A stretch of DNA of 64,000 nt from NCBI RefSeq assembly GCF_018350175.1, contig NC_058368.1, positions 6,634,001-6,698,000 of the forward strand, in the 5' to 3' direction. Shown here piece after piece: positions 63,192 through 64,000 of the stretch. How positions within the stretch are numbered: position 1 is the stretch's first letter; every line of letters begins with the position of its first letter. The notes under the pieces are model-generated. The model had not been told where the DNA came from. It did no database searches and was given only the letters and a program-made list of their open reading frames with translations. The position numbers and the translations under genes were made by a program. The DNA comes from Felis catus. Taxonomy: Eukaryota.

Positions 63192-64000
63192 CTGCCACTC
63201 CCTCACTCACGCTCTGTCTCTCCCTCAAGAATAAATAAACATTCAAAAAATTTTTAAATCACAAAACAAATAAAAATAAAAACATAACACACCAAAATAT
63301 ATGGCTTCCTGCAAAAGCAGTTCTTAGAAGTTTATAGCAATTGGGGCTCCTGGGTGGCTCAGTCGGTTGAGCATCTGACTTCGGCTCAAGTCGTGATGTC
63401 ATGGTTCACGAGTTCAAGCCCTGTGTCAGGCTCTGTGCTGACAGCTCAGACCCTCGAGCCTGCTTCCTATTCTGCATCTCCCTCGCTAGCACTGTGTCTT
63501 TCTCTGTCTCTCAAAAGTTAAAAAAAAATTTTTTTAATTAAAAAAAAGAAGTTAGGGGCGCCTGGGTGGCTCAGTCTGTTAAGCAGTCAACTTCGGCTCA
63601 GGTCATGATCTCACGGTCCGTGAGTTCGAGCCCCACGTCGGGCTCTGGGCTGACGGCTCAGAGCCTGGAGCCTGCTTCAGATTCTGTGTCTCCCTCTCTC
63701 TGCCCCTCCCCCGTTCATGCTCTGTCTCTGTCTCAAAAATAAATAAACGTTAAAAAAATTTTTTAAAAAAGGAAGTTACAGTAATGAGTGCATAAATTAA
63801 GAACAAAGTAAGGACTCAAATGAAGAACCTAACTTTATACCTCAAAGAACTAGAAAAAGAACAAGCGAAGCCCAAAGTTATCAAAAGGAAAGAAATAACA
63901 AAATTCAAAGGAGAAATACGAGAAATAGAGAACGGAAAAAACAATAGACCGTCAAGGAAACTGATAGCTTGTTTTTTGAAAGGATACACAAAATTGGCAC
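60025..64000 (+). mobile_element. Decayed L1 retaining 5' UTR, ORF1 remnant and ORF2 endonuclease region; runs off the window; SINEs at 63023-63255, 63343-63545 and 63555-63764
   Basis: ORF1-like PDKKFKIVVLRKLDELQ (61146-61361 frame) and CQPRIL...SFRNEGEI; ORF2 start at 62225 reads MTLVSPYLSIITLNVNGLNSLIKRH; many stops and frameshifts. Confidence 0.92.
60893..60910 (-). promoter_or_regulatory. CTCF-like motif within L1 5' UTR
   Basis: Minus strand TTCCAGAAGGTGGCGCTA. Confidence 0.5.

Noticed and set aside
1..64000. CRISPR array, prokaryotic system, ERV internal genes or endogenous viral element
   Set aside because: No regularly spaced repeat-spacer structure, operon-like ORF density, or gag/pol/env or other viral motifs seen; only solo LTRs.

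Overview
Mammalian nuclear DNA from a felid (cat-like) genome, judged from about 25 tRNA-derived Can-SINE (SINEC_Fc-type) copies. The window is intergenic or intronic in character, and I found no intact protein-coding gene or RNA gene. The supplied ORFs are chance frames, repeat translations or pseudogene fragments. Content: dense SINE, L1, L2, MIR, LTR and DNA-transposon fossils, often nested. There are two processed pseudogenes lying tail to tail: RPL7L1 (+, inserted in an L1) and an older FGFR1OP2 short-isoform copy (-, split by a SINE). Other elements are a near-consensus REST/NRSF RE1 site at 5.14 kb, several CTCF-like motifs, two candidate short exons, and a CpG/GC-enriched right half that suggests GC-biased gene conversion. 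I see no convincing evidence of a new biological system. Repeat subfamily names and parent-gene comparisons come from recall of consensus sequences, not from database searches.
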